Below are positions 48,736-56,703 of a stretch of 64,000 nt of DNA, in pieces (the first letter of the stretch is position 1; the number at the start of each line of letters is the position of its first letter). Both the position numbers and the translations under genes were made by a program. The stretch is from an uncultured delta proteobacterium (GTDB lineage: Bacteria > Desulfobacterota > Binatia > DP-6): assembly GCA_963815115.1 (NCBI GenBank), contig CAWFFN010000009.1:800001-864000 (forward strand), given 5' to 3'. The notes under the pieces are model-generated. The model saw only the letters and a list, made by a program, of their open reading frames with translations, did not search any database and had not been told where the DNA came from.

Positions 48736-49850
48736 GGTACCTCGACGAGTACCGCGACGGCGACCTCGCCGCCGCCCTGTCACGTGAGATCGCCGCCACC
48801 GCGACGCGCCCGTGGGTGCTGATGGAGGTGTGCGGGGGACAGACGCACTCGATCGTCCGCTACGGCATCGACCGGATGCTGCCGCCCACCGTCGAGCTCG
48901 TGCACGGACCGGGCTGCCCGGTCTGCGTCACCTCGCTGGAGATGATCGACCGCGCCCACGCGATCGCGAGCCGCCCGGAGGTCGTCTTCACGTCGTTCGG
49001 GGACATGCTGCGCGTGCCGGGGTCACGCGGCGACCTCCTCACGCTGAGAAGCCGCGGCGCCGACGTGCGAGTCGTGTACTCTCCCCTCGACGCGTTGCGC
49101 ATCGCACGGGAGAACCCGCAGCGCGAGGTCGTCTTCTTCGGCATCGGCTTCGAGACCACGGCGCCCGCCAACGCGATGGCGGTCCATCAGGCGAAGCGCC
49201 TGGGCGTGCGCAACTTCTCGATGCTCGTGTCGCACGTGCTGGTACCGCCGGCGATCGCCGCCATCCTCCAGACGTCCGGCAACCGGGTGCAGGGCTTTCT
49301 CGGGCCGGGCCACGTCTGCGCCGTGATGGGCTACCGGGAGTACGAGGCCCTGGCCGCCAGCTATCGCGTACCGATCGTGGTCACGGGATTCGAGCCGGTG
49401 GACCTGCTCGAGGGCGTTCTCATGACCGTGCGCCAGCTCGAGGAGGAGCGGGCGGAGGTGGAGAACCAGTACGTGCGTGCGGTGTCCCGCGAAGGAAACC
49501 GCGCCGCGCGGGACGTCATCTTCGAGGTCTTCGAGATCGCCGACCGCAAGTGGCGCGGGGTGGGGGCGATCCCGAAGTCCGGCTACCGCATCCGCTACGA
49601 GTACCGGGAGCACGACGCCGAGAAACGCTTCGACGTGGACGCCATCGAGACCGAGGAGTCCTCGCGCTGCATCAGCGGTCTCATCCTGCGCGGCCTGCGC
49701 AAGCCGTCGGACTGCCCCGCCTTCGGCCGGGACTGCAACCCGCAGCATCCCCTCGGCGCCACCATGGTGTCCGCCGAGGGCGCCTGCGCGGCGTACTACC
49801 AGTACGGTCGCTACCTCGAGTCGGCGCGCGCGGAGGCAACGCGACCGTGA
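48732..49850 (+). CDS. hypD: Hydrogenase maturation protein HypD
   Basis: [25 protein letters not shown] and [11 protein letters not shown] motifs. Confidence 0.96.
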   Translation: MRYLDEYRDGDLAAALSREIAATATRPWVLMEVCGGQTHSIVRYGIDRMLPPTVELVHGPGCPVCVTSLEMIDRAHAIASRPEVVFTSFGDMLRVPGSRGDLLTLRSRGADVRVVYSPLDALRIARENPQREVVFFGIGFETTAPANAMAVHQAKRLGVRNFSMLVSHVLVPPAIAAILQTSGNRVQGFLGPGHVCAVMGYREYEALAASYRVPIVVTGFEPVDLLEGVLMTVRQLEEERAEVENQYVRAVSREGNRAARDVIFEVFEIADRKWRGVGAIPKSGYRIRYEYREHDAEKRFDVDAIETEESSRCISGLILRGLRKPSDCPAFGRDCNPQHPLGATMVSAEGACAAYYQYGRYLESARAEATRP

Positions 49851-50475
49851 GCGCGACGACACGCAGCGCAGCCCCGTCTCCATCACCGCCCGGGATGCAG
49901 GAGGCGATCCTCCGCAAGGCGCACGAGAGCGCCGGCACCACGGTCCGGTTCTTCGAGGAGAACGCCGAGGCGCTCGAGGGCTGCGCGCGGGCGCTCGCGG
50001 CCCGTCTGGAGGCGGCGGGCGCCTCTGGGTCATGGGCAACGGGGGCTCCGCCTGCGACGCGCAGCACCTCGCGGTCGAGTTCATGCACCCGATCATCGAG
50101 AAGCGCAGGGCGTTCGCCGCCCACGCGCTCACGGTGGACACCGCGACGCTCACGGCGATCGGCAACGACAGCGACTTCTCCCGCGTCTTCGCCGTGCAGC
50201 TCGAGCTGGTGGCGGGCCGGGGTGACGCGGCGCTCGGCATCTCGACCTCGGGCGCCTCGGCCAACGTGAGCCGGGCGCTCAAGCGCGCGCGGGAGCTCGG
50301 GCTGCTCACGATCGGCTTCGCCGGCCGCGACGGTGGGCGCCTGCCCGAGGTGTGCGACTGGTGCTTCACGGTCCGGTCGTGGTCGATCCACCGCATCCAG
50401 GAGGCCCACACGGCGCTCCTCCACGTGCTGTGGGACCTCGTGCACGTCGCGCTCGGGGAGGACGATGTCCTCTGA
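49847..50475 (+). CDS. gmhA: SIS-domain phosphoheptose-isomerase-like protein (GmhA-like), with an apparent -1 frameshift near 50013
   Basis: N-terminal part in one frame; [24 protein letters not shown] and IQEAH in the next; adding one G restores [12 protein letters not shown]. Confidence 0.78.
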
Positions 50476-51520
50476 CGGGATGCCCTTCGCCGACTGCCCG
50501 CTTCCCGTCACGCGCGGCGAGGAGATCCTGCTCGCGCACGGGAGCGGCGGCAAGCTGACCGCGCAGCTGATCGAGCGGCTCTTCCTGCCCGCGTTTCGCA
50601 ATCCCCTGCTGGAGGCGCTCGACGATCAGGCCATCGTCGCCGTCAACGGCTCGCGGCTCGCCTTCACCACCGACTCCTACGTCGTCACGCCGATCTTCTT
50701 TCCCGGCGGCGACATCGGCGAGCTCGCGGTCAACGGGACGGTCAACGACCTGGCCGTGGGAGGCGCCGTCCCGCTCTGCCTCTCGCTGGCCTTCATCCTG
50801 GAGGAGGGGCTCCCGCTGGGGGACCTGCAGCGGGTGGTCGAGTCGGCCCGGCGCGCGGCCGAGGGGGCCGGCGTCCAGATCGTGACCGGCGACACCAAGG
50901 TCGTCGGGCGCGGCAGCGGCGACAAGATCTTCGTCAACACCTCGGGCATCGGCGTCGTGCGGCCGGGGGTCGATCTCTCCTCGCGCCACGTGCGCCCCGG
51001 GGACGCGATCCTGCTCTCGGGCGCGATCGGCGACCACGGGATCGCCATCCTCTCGACCCGCGAGGGGCTCGGCTTCGAGGGCGAGATCGCCAGCGACACG
51101 GCGGCGCTCCACGAGCTGGTCGCCACCATGCTGCGCGCCTGCCCTGGCATCCACGCCATGCGCGATCCGACGCGCGGCGGCCTGGCCGCGACGCTCATCG
51201 AGATCGCCGGTCGGCGGGGTCTCGGCATGGAGGTGGACGAGCGCGCGGTCCCGGTGCGCGACGTCGTGCGTGGCGCCTGCGAGATGCTCGGCCTCGACCC
51301 GCTGCTGGTCGCCAACGAGGGCAAGCTCGTGGCCTTCGCCGCCGAGGAGGACAGCGAGCGCATCCTCGCGGCGATGCGCGCGCACCCGCTCGGACGGGGC
51401 GCCGTCCGCATCGGTCGCGTGGTCGACGACCACCCCGGCCTGGTCCTGCTGCGCACGCCGATCGGGGGCGACCGGGTGCTGGACCTTCCCTTCGGCGAAG
51501 CGTTGCCGAGAATCTGCTGA
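50465..51520 (+). CDS. hypE: Hydrogenase maturation protein HypE
   Basis: HGSGGK, TTDSYVV, GTVNDLA, RDPTRGG, ANEGK and C-terminal PRIC. Confidence 0.96.
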   Translation: MSSDGMPFADCPLPVTRGEEILLAHGSGGKLTAQLIERLFLPAFRNPLLEALDDQAIVAVNGSRLAFTTDSYVVTPIFFPGGDIGELAVNGTVNDLAVGGAVPLCLSLAFILEEGLPLGDLQRVVESARRAAEGAGVQIVTGDTKVVGRGSGDKIFVNTSGIGVVRPGVDLSSRHVRPGDAILLSGAIGDHGIAILSTREGLGFEGEIASDTAALHELVATMLRACPGIHAMRDPTRGGLAATLIEIAGRRGLGMEVDERAVPVRDVVRGACEMLGLDPLLVANEGKLVAFAAEEDSERILAAMRAHPLGRGAVRIGRVVDDHPGLVLLRTPIGGDRVLDLPFGEALPRIC

Positions 51521-51534
51521 GGAGGGGCCGGACC

Positions 51535-51792
51535 GTGTGCCTCGGCATCGTCGGCCGCGTGACGGCGCTCTCGACCGCGCATCCCGACCTCGCCGAGGTG
51601 GACGTCGCGGGCGTCGTGCGCCCGATCAACGTCGGCCTGCTGGACGGGATCGGTCTGCAACCCGGCGACTGGATACTCATCCACGCCGGTTTTGCCATGG
51701 AGCGGATCGACCAGGAGACGGCGGAGCGCCATCTGGCCGCGCTGCGAGCGTACGTGGGAGAGCCCGAGGACGGTGACGAGGAGTTCGGATGA
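51535..51792 (+). CDS. hypC: Hydrogenase maturation chaperone HypC, copy 2
   Basis: MCLGIVG and GDWILIHAGFAM; GAGGAG RBS. Confidence 0.9.
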   Translation: MCLGIVGRVTALSTAHPDLAEVDVAGVVRPINVGLLDGIGLQPGDWILIHAGFAMERIDQETAERHLAALRAYVGEPEDGDEEFG

Positions 51793-52073
51793 AGTTCCTC
51801 GTCATCTGGCGGATCGACATCGCGCTCCTCTCGCGTGACGTCCTCAAGTCGGTGATGACGATGCCGGACTATGCCGAGCCGCTCGAGCGCCAGGGCAAGG
51901 TGCTGGCGCGCTATCACATCCCGGGCTCGCACGGCGGCGCCTGGATCTACGACGTCACCTCGCACGAGGAGCTCGACATGCTCCTCGCGCGCTCGCCGGT
52001 CTTCAACTTCTCGCACTACGAGGTCACGCCGCTTGCCGACATGGTGCCGCCCGGCGGCCGGCCGGCGGGGTAG
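51789..52073 (+). CDS. Muconolactone delta-isomerase-like small protein
   Basis: MKFLV start, GKV..RY, IYDVTSHEELD and EVTPLA pattern; ATGA overlap with hypC. Confidence 0.7.
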   Translation: MKFLVIWRIDIALLSRDVLKSVMTMPDYAEPLERQGKVLARYHIPGSHGGAWIYDVTSHEELDMLLARSPVFNFSHYEVTPLADMVPPGGRPAG

Positions 52074-52078
52074 GGCGG

Positions 52079-54397
52079 ATGCTCGAACCCTTGGTCGATC
52101 GCGAGGCCGCGCGCGGCGGCCATCGCATCGCTCGACGGGTGCGACTGGAGGGGATCGTCCAGGGCGTCGGCTTCCGGCCGTTCGTGCACGCGCTGGCAAC
52201 GCGGCTCGGTCTCGCCGGTCTCGTCACCAACGACACGCGCGGCGTCGTCATCGAGGTCGAGGGCGCCGAGCCCGACGTGACCTGCTTCCTCGCGCGCCTG
52301 GAGAGCGACGCGCCGCCGCTCGCCGCGCTCACCCGCATCCGCGTCGGCTCGATCACGGCCCGCGGGCGCTCCGGCTTCGCGATCGTCGCGAGCCGATCCG
52401 GGGGTGCGCGCGGCGTGCCCGTGTCCCCCGACGTCGGGACCTGCGACGACTGCCTGCGCGAGCTGTTCGATCCCGGTGACCGCCGCTACCGCTATCCGTT
52501 CATCAACTGCACGAACTGCGGCCCGCGCTTCACCATCGTCCGTGGCGTTCCGTACGATCGCCCGCTCACCACCATGGCGGGATTCGCGATGTGCGGCGCT
52601 TGCGCGCGCGAGTACGCCGAGCCGGCCGACCGTCGCTTCCATGCCGAGCCGATCTCGTGCCCGGCGTGCGGTCCGCGGCTGCGGCTCGTCGATCGCCTCC
52701 GCGTGGAGCGGATCGGCGATCCCATCGCGGAGACCGCCGCGCTGCTCCGCGCCGGCGCCGTGGTCGCGGTGAAGGGACTCGGCGGCTATCACCTCGCGGC
52801 CGCGGCGGACCACGAGGCGGCGGTGGCAGCGCTGCGTTCGCGCAAGCACCGCGAGGACAAGCCGTTCGCCGTCATGGTGCCCGACGTCGCCGCTGCCCGC
52901 AGCCTCGCCGACCTGTTGCCGGCCGAGGAGGCGGCGCTCGCCGGCGCCCGGCGGCCGATCGTCCTGGTGCGCCGCCGTCCGGATGCTGCCCTCGCCCGCG
53001 CCGTCGCGCCGGGGAACCGCTCGGTGGGGCTGATGCTGCCCTACACCCCGCTGCATCATCTCCTGTGCCGGTCGGTGGGCGCGCCGTTCGTGCTGACCAG
53101 CGGCAACGTCTCCGACGAGCCGATCGCCTACCGCGACGAGGACGCGTTCGAGCGCCTCGCCGGCATCGCGGACGCCTTCCTCACTCACGATCGACCGATC
53201 CAGGTCCGTACCGACGACTCGGTCGTTCGCGTGCTGCGCGGACGGGCGGTGCCGATCCGCCGCTCGCGCGGCCATGCTCCTGCGCCGCTCGTGCTGCCAG
53301 GGCGGGTGCGCCGTCCGATCCTGGCCTGTGGCGCGGAGCTGAAGAGCACCTTCTGCCTCGCGAAGGATGGCTCGGCCTACGTCTCCCATCACATCGGCGA
53401 CCTCGAGAACTACGAGACGCTGCGCGCCTTCACCGAGGGCATCGCGCACTACCGCCGCCTCTTCGACGTCGCGCCCGAGGTCGTGGCCCACGACCTCCAC
53501 CCCGAGTACCTCTCGACCAGGTACGCGCTCGGGCTGGACGACGTCGCGCTCGTCGGGGTGCAGCACCATCACGCCCACGTCGCGGCGTGCCTCGCCGACA
53601 ACGGCGAGGAGGCGCCGGCGATCGGGGTCGCGCTCGACGGCCTCGGGTTCGGAGCGGACGGGACGCTCTGGGGAGGCGAGTTCCTGGTCGCCGACCTGGC
53701 GAGCTTCGAACGCGCGGCGCACCTCGAAGCCGTCCCCCTGCCGGGCGGGGTTGCGGCGATCCGACAGCCCTGGCGCATGGCGGCGGCGTACCTCGCGGCC
53801 GCGTTCGGTGAGTCCATCCCGCCCGCGCTGGAGGTCGTCCGGCGCCATGGCGAGCAATGGACGCGTGTGCTCCGCGTCGCCCGGATCGACGCGCTCGCCC
53901 CGCGGACGTCGAGCGCCGGCCGCCTCTTCGACGCGGTCGCGGCGATCCTCGGCGTGCGCGACGAGGTCCACTACGAGGGCCAGGCCGCGGTCGAGCTCGA
54001 GCAGCGGGCGGACGAGTCGGAAACGCGCGCCTACGCGGCCGGATGCTCCGGCTCGGTACCCCTCCGCATCCGGGGGGCCGATCTCGTGCGGGCGGTGGCC
54101 GAGGACCTCGGTGCGGGTACCCCGGCGCCTGTCGTGGCCGCGCGCTTCCACAACGGGCTGGCGCGTACGATCGTCCAGGTCTGCGACGCCATCCGTGCCC
54201 GGCACCGGCTCGGGACGGTGGCGCTCAGCGGCGGCGTGTTCCAGAACGTGCTCCTCGTCGAGCGCACCGTGCGCGGACTCGAGGAGACCGGTTTCCGCGT
54301 GCTCACCCACGTGCGCGTTCCCTGCAACGATGGCGGGATCAGCTTCGGGCAGGCGGCGGTCGCCGCGGCACGCGACCGTCGTCCCGGATCCATTTGA
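52079..54397 (+). CDS. hypF: Carbamoyltransferase HypF
   Basis: GIVQGVGFRPF acylphosphatase motif, CxxC zinc fingers, HHHAH and PCNDGGISFGQ. Confidence 0.97.
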   Translation: MLEPLVDREAARGGHRIARRVRLEGIVQGVGFRPFVHALATRLGLAGLVTNDTRGVVIEVEGAEPDVTCFLARLESDAPPLAALTRIRVGSITARGRSGFAIVASRSGGARGVPVSPDVGTCDDCLRELFDPGDRRYRYPFINCTNCGPRFTIVRGVPYDRPLTTMAGFAMCGACAREYAEPADRRFHAEPISCPACGPRLRLVDRLRVERIGDPIAETAALLRAGAVVAVKGLGGYHLAAAADHEAAVAALRSRKHREDKPFAVMVPDVAAARSLADLLPAEEAALAGARRPIVLVRRRPDAALARAVAPGNRSVGLMLPYTPLHHLLCRSVGAPFVLTSGNVSDEPIAYRDEDAFERLAGIADAFLTHDRPIQVRTDDSVVRVLRGRAVPIRRSRGHAPAPLVLPGRVRRPILACGAELKSTFCLAKDGSAYVSHHIGDLENYETLRAFTEGIAHYRRLFDVAPEVVAHDLHPEYLSTRYALGLDDVALVGVQHHHAHVAACLADNGEEAPAIGVALDGLGFGADGTLWGGEFLVADLASFERAAHLEAVPLPGGVAAIRQPWRMAAAYLAAAFGESIPPALEVVRRHGEQWTRVLRVARIDALAPRTSSAGRLFDAVAAILGVRDEVHYEGQAAVELEQRADESETRAYAAGCSGSVPLRIRGADLVRAVAEDLGAGTPAPVVAARFHNGLARTIVQVCDAIRARHRLGTVALSGGVFQNVLLVERTVRGLEETGFRVLTHVRVPCNDGGISFGQAAVAAARDRRPGSI

Positions 54398-54411
54398 GGA
54401 GGTCCTCGAAC

Positions 54412-54783
54412 ATGCGTGCACTGATCGGCTTCGCCCTGGGCTATGCGCTCGGGGCCAGCATGAGCTCCGAACGAATCGACGAGCTGCGGCGATCCTGGAA
54501 GACCATCGCGGAGTCGGAGGAGTTTCAAGGCGCAGCCGCGAGCGCGAGGGCGTTCGTGGAGAACGCCCTCAGCCAGGGCGGCGGCCGGCTCGCCGGGCAG
54601 CTGCGCGAGCTGGGCGCGGGCGAGAGGCTGCGCGGCCTCGTCGAAGGCGGTGAGCTGCGCGCGGCGTGGAATCGGATATCCGACTCGAAGGAGCTGCACG
54701 GTCTCGTCTCCACCGGATCTGCCTTGATCGGTGATGCGGTGGCCCGGGCAACGAGCCCGCGATCCCGATCCGGTCATGCATGA
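54412..54783 (+). CDS. Hypothetical membrane-anchored protein of the hydrogenase cluster
   Basis: GAGGAGG RBS; LIGFALGYALG hydrophobic N-terminus; overlaps the hypA start. Confidence 0.7.
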   Translation: MRALIGFALGYALGASMSSERIDELRRSWKTIAESEEFQGAAASARAFVENALSQGGGRLAGQLRELGAGERLRGLVEGGELRAAWNRISDSKELHGLVSTGSALIGDAVARATSPRSRSGHA

Positions 54784-55105
54784 GCTGGCCATCACGGAGA
54801 GCATCGTGTCCAGCGTGGCAGAGCGCGTCGCCGGCAGGCGGGTGACGCGGGTGGTGCTCGAGATCGGCAAGCTCTCGGGCGTCGTGCCGGATGCGGTCCG
54901 CTTCTGCTTCGACCTCTGTGCCGAGGGCACCGGGCTGGCCGGTGCCCGGCTCGACATTGTCCAGCGCTCGGGCCGCGCGCGCTGTCGCACCTGCGGAAGG
55001 GAATGCGAATTCGAGGATCCGCTCGCGCTGTGCGGGTGTGGCAGCGCCGACCTGGACGTGCGAGAGGGGCAAGAGCTGCGGATTCGAGAAGTGGAGGTCC
55101 TCTGA
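54776..55105 (+). CDS. hypA: Nickel metallochaperone HypA
   Basis: MHELAI N-terminus, CRTC...CGCGS and GQELRI. Confidence 0.95.
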   Translation: MHELAITESIVSSVAERVAGRRVTRVVLEIGKLSGVVPDAVRFCFDLCAEGTGLAGARLDIVQRSGRARCRTCGRECEFEDPLALCGCGSADLDVREGQELRIREVEVL

Positions 55106-55106
55106 C

Positions 55107-55916
55107 ATGTGCGCCACCTGCGGCTGCTCGGACCACGCCGACCCGAGCGTCACCTCGCTCGAGCCGCAGCACGAACCTGACCATCCCCATCCGCACTCCC
55201 ACGAGCACGGGCACGACCACCATCACGACGCCGAGGACGTGCCGCACGTCCACGCGCGCCCGGCTCCTCGCATCGTGCGGATCGAGCAGGACGTCCTGGC
55301 GAAGAACGATCGTCTCGCCGAGCACAACCGCGGCTGGCTCGACGGGCGGGGAATCCGGGCGTGGAACCTCATGAGCTCGCCCGGCGCGGGCAAGACGACG
55401 CTCCTCGAGCGCACGATCCGGGACCTGGGGGCCGCGCTTCCGATGTCCGTGATCGAGGGCGATCAGGCGACGCTGCGCGACGCCGAGCGCATCCGGGCGA
55501 CGGGCTGCCCGGTGGTGCAGATCAACACCGGCAGTGGCTGCCATCTCGACGCCGCGATGCTCGCCGAGGGCCTCCGGCAGCTCGATCCCCCGATGCATTC
55601 GATCCTGATGATCGAGAACGTGGGCAACCTGGTGTGCCCGGCGCTCTTCGATCTCGGCGAGCACACGAGAGCCGTCATCATGTCGGTGACCGAAGGCGAG
55701 GACAAACCGCTCAAGTACCCGCACATGTTCCGCGCCAGCGAGGTGATGGTGCTGAGCAAGGTCGATCTGCTCCCGCACCTCGAGTTCGACGTCGCGGAGT
55801 GTCTCGCCCACGCCCGCCGGGTGAACCCGCGCCTCGAGATCGTCGAGGTCTCCGCCACCCGCGGGGACGGCCTCGAGGACTGGTACGACCTGCTTCGCCG
55901 CGGCCGCCAGCCCTAG
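55107..55916 (+). CDS. hypB: Nickel-incorporation GTPase HypB
   Basis: MCATCGC, His-rich stretch, SSPGAGKT, GCHLDA and ENVGNLVCP. Confidence 0.96.
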   Translation: MCATCGCSDHADPSVTSLEPQHEPDHPHPHSHEHGHDHHHDAEDVPHVHARPAPRIVRIEQDVLAKNDRLAEHNRGWLDGRGIRAWNLMSSPGAGKTTLLERTIRDLGAALPMSVIEGDQATLRDAERIRATGCPVVQINTGSGCHLDAAMLAEGLRQLDPPMHSILMIENVGNLVCPALFDLGEHTRAVIMSVTEGEDKPLKYPHMFRASEVMVLSKVDLLPHLEFDVAECLAHARRVNPRLEIVEVSATRGDGLEDWYDLLRRGRQP

Positions 55917-56650
55917 GCCAGCACGCGGGCCAGGAACTCCGTCATGTCCTGCCACGACCGGCGATCGGCCTCGGCGTCGTAGCCGAGCGGAATGCCGTAG
56001 CGCTTGCCGTTCTCGCTGGCCTCCGGGTTGGTGAAGCCGTGCAGCGCGTTCGGGTAGGCGACGAAACGGTAGTCGGCTTTCGCGTGATCCATCTCCTGCT
56101 TGAACGCGCTCACCTCGCCCTCGGAAACGAGGCTGTCGGCCGCCCCATGGCACACCAGCAGCTTGGCCTTGACGCTTCCGGGGGCCGGCTTGTGAAACGA
56201 GCCCAGCGCGCCGTGGAAGCTCACCACGCCGCGCAGCGGCATCCCGATCCTGGCCGCGTGCAGCACGACGGCGCCGCCGAAGCAGTAGCCGATCGCGGCG
56301 ATCCGATCCCGATCCACCTCCGCCCGTGACGCGAGCAGATCGTAGCCCGCCCGGAATCGCTCCTCGCCGGCTTTCATGTTGCCGAGGACGCCGTTCATCA
56401 GGGCACCGGCGTCGCCCGGGTTGTCGGCGACCGAGCCGTCCCCGTACATGTCGACCGCGAGCGCGCCGTAGCCCAGCTCGGCCAGCATGCGCGCGCGGCG
56501 CCGGATGTAGTCGTTCAGCCCCCACCACTCGTGCACGACCAGCACGCCGGGACGCTTTCCCTGCTTGGTCGTGTCGGTGGCGAGATACCCGCGCAGCGAC
56601 GTGTCGGCGGCGCTGTACGTGACGGGCTCGGCGTGGATCGCGTCGGGCAT
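55913..56650 (-). CDS. Dienelactone hydrolase family protein
   Basis: VHEWWG, GYCFGG nucleophile motif and HGFTNP; start reassigned to ATG 56650. Confidence 0.92.
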   Translation of the reverse strand: MPDAIHAEPVTYSAADTSLRGYLATDTTKQGKRPGVLVVHEWWGLNDYIRRRARMLAELGYGALAVDMYGDGSVADNPGDAGALMNGVLGNMKAGEERFRAGYDLLASRAEVDRDRIAAIGYCFGGAVVLHAARIGMPLRGVVSFHGALGSFHKPAPGSVKAKLLVCHGAADSLVSEGEVSAFKQEMDHAKADYRFVAYPNALHGFTNPEASENGKRYGIPLGYDAEADRRSWQDMTEFLARVLA

Positions 56651-56703
56651 CGCTCGATCCTCCTCGGATGGAGCACGAGCGATAGTGCCGGCGGGGATCC
56701 CGG

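Noticed and set aside
54776-55105. HypA second zinc motif is CxC rather than CxxC
   Set aside because: As I recall this variant is common in HypA proteins of group 1h clusters, so it is not novel
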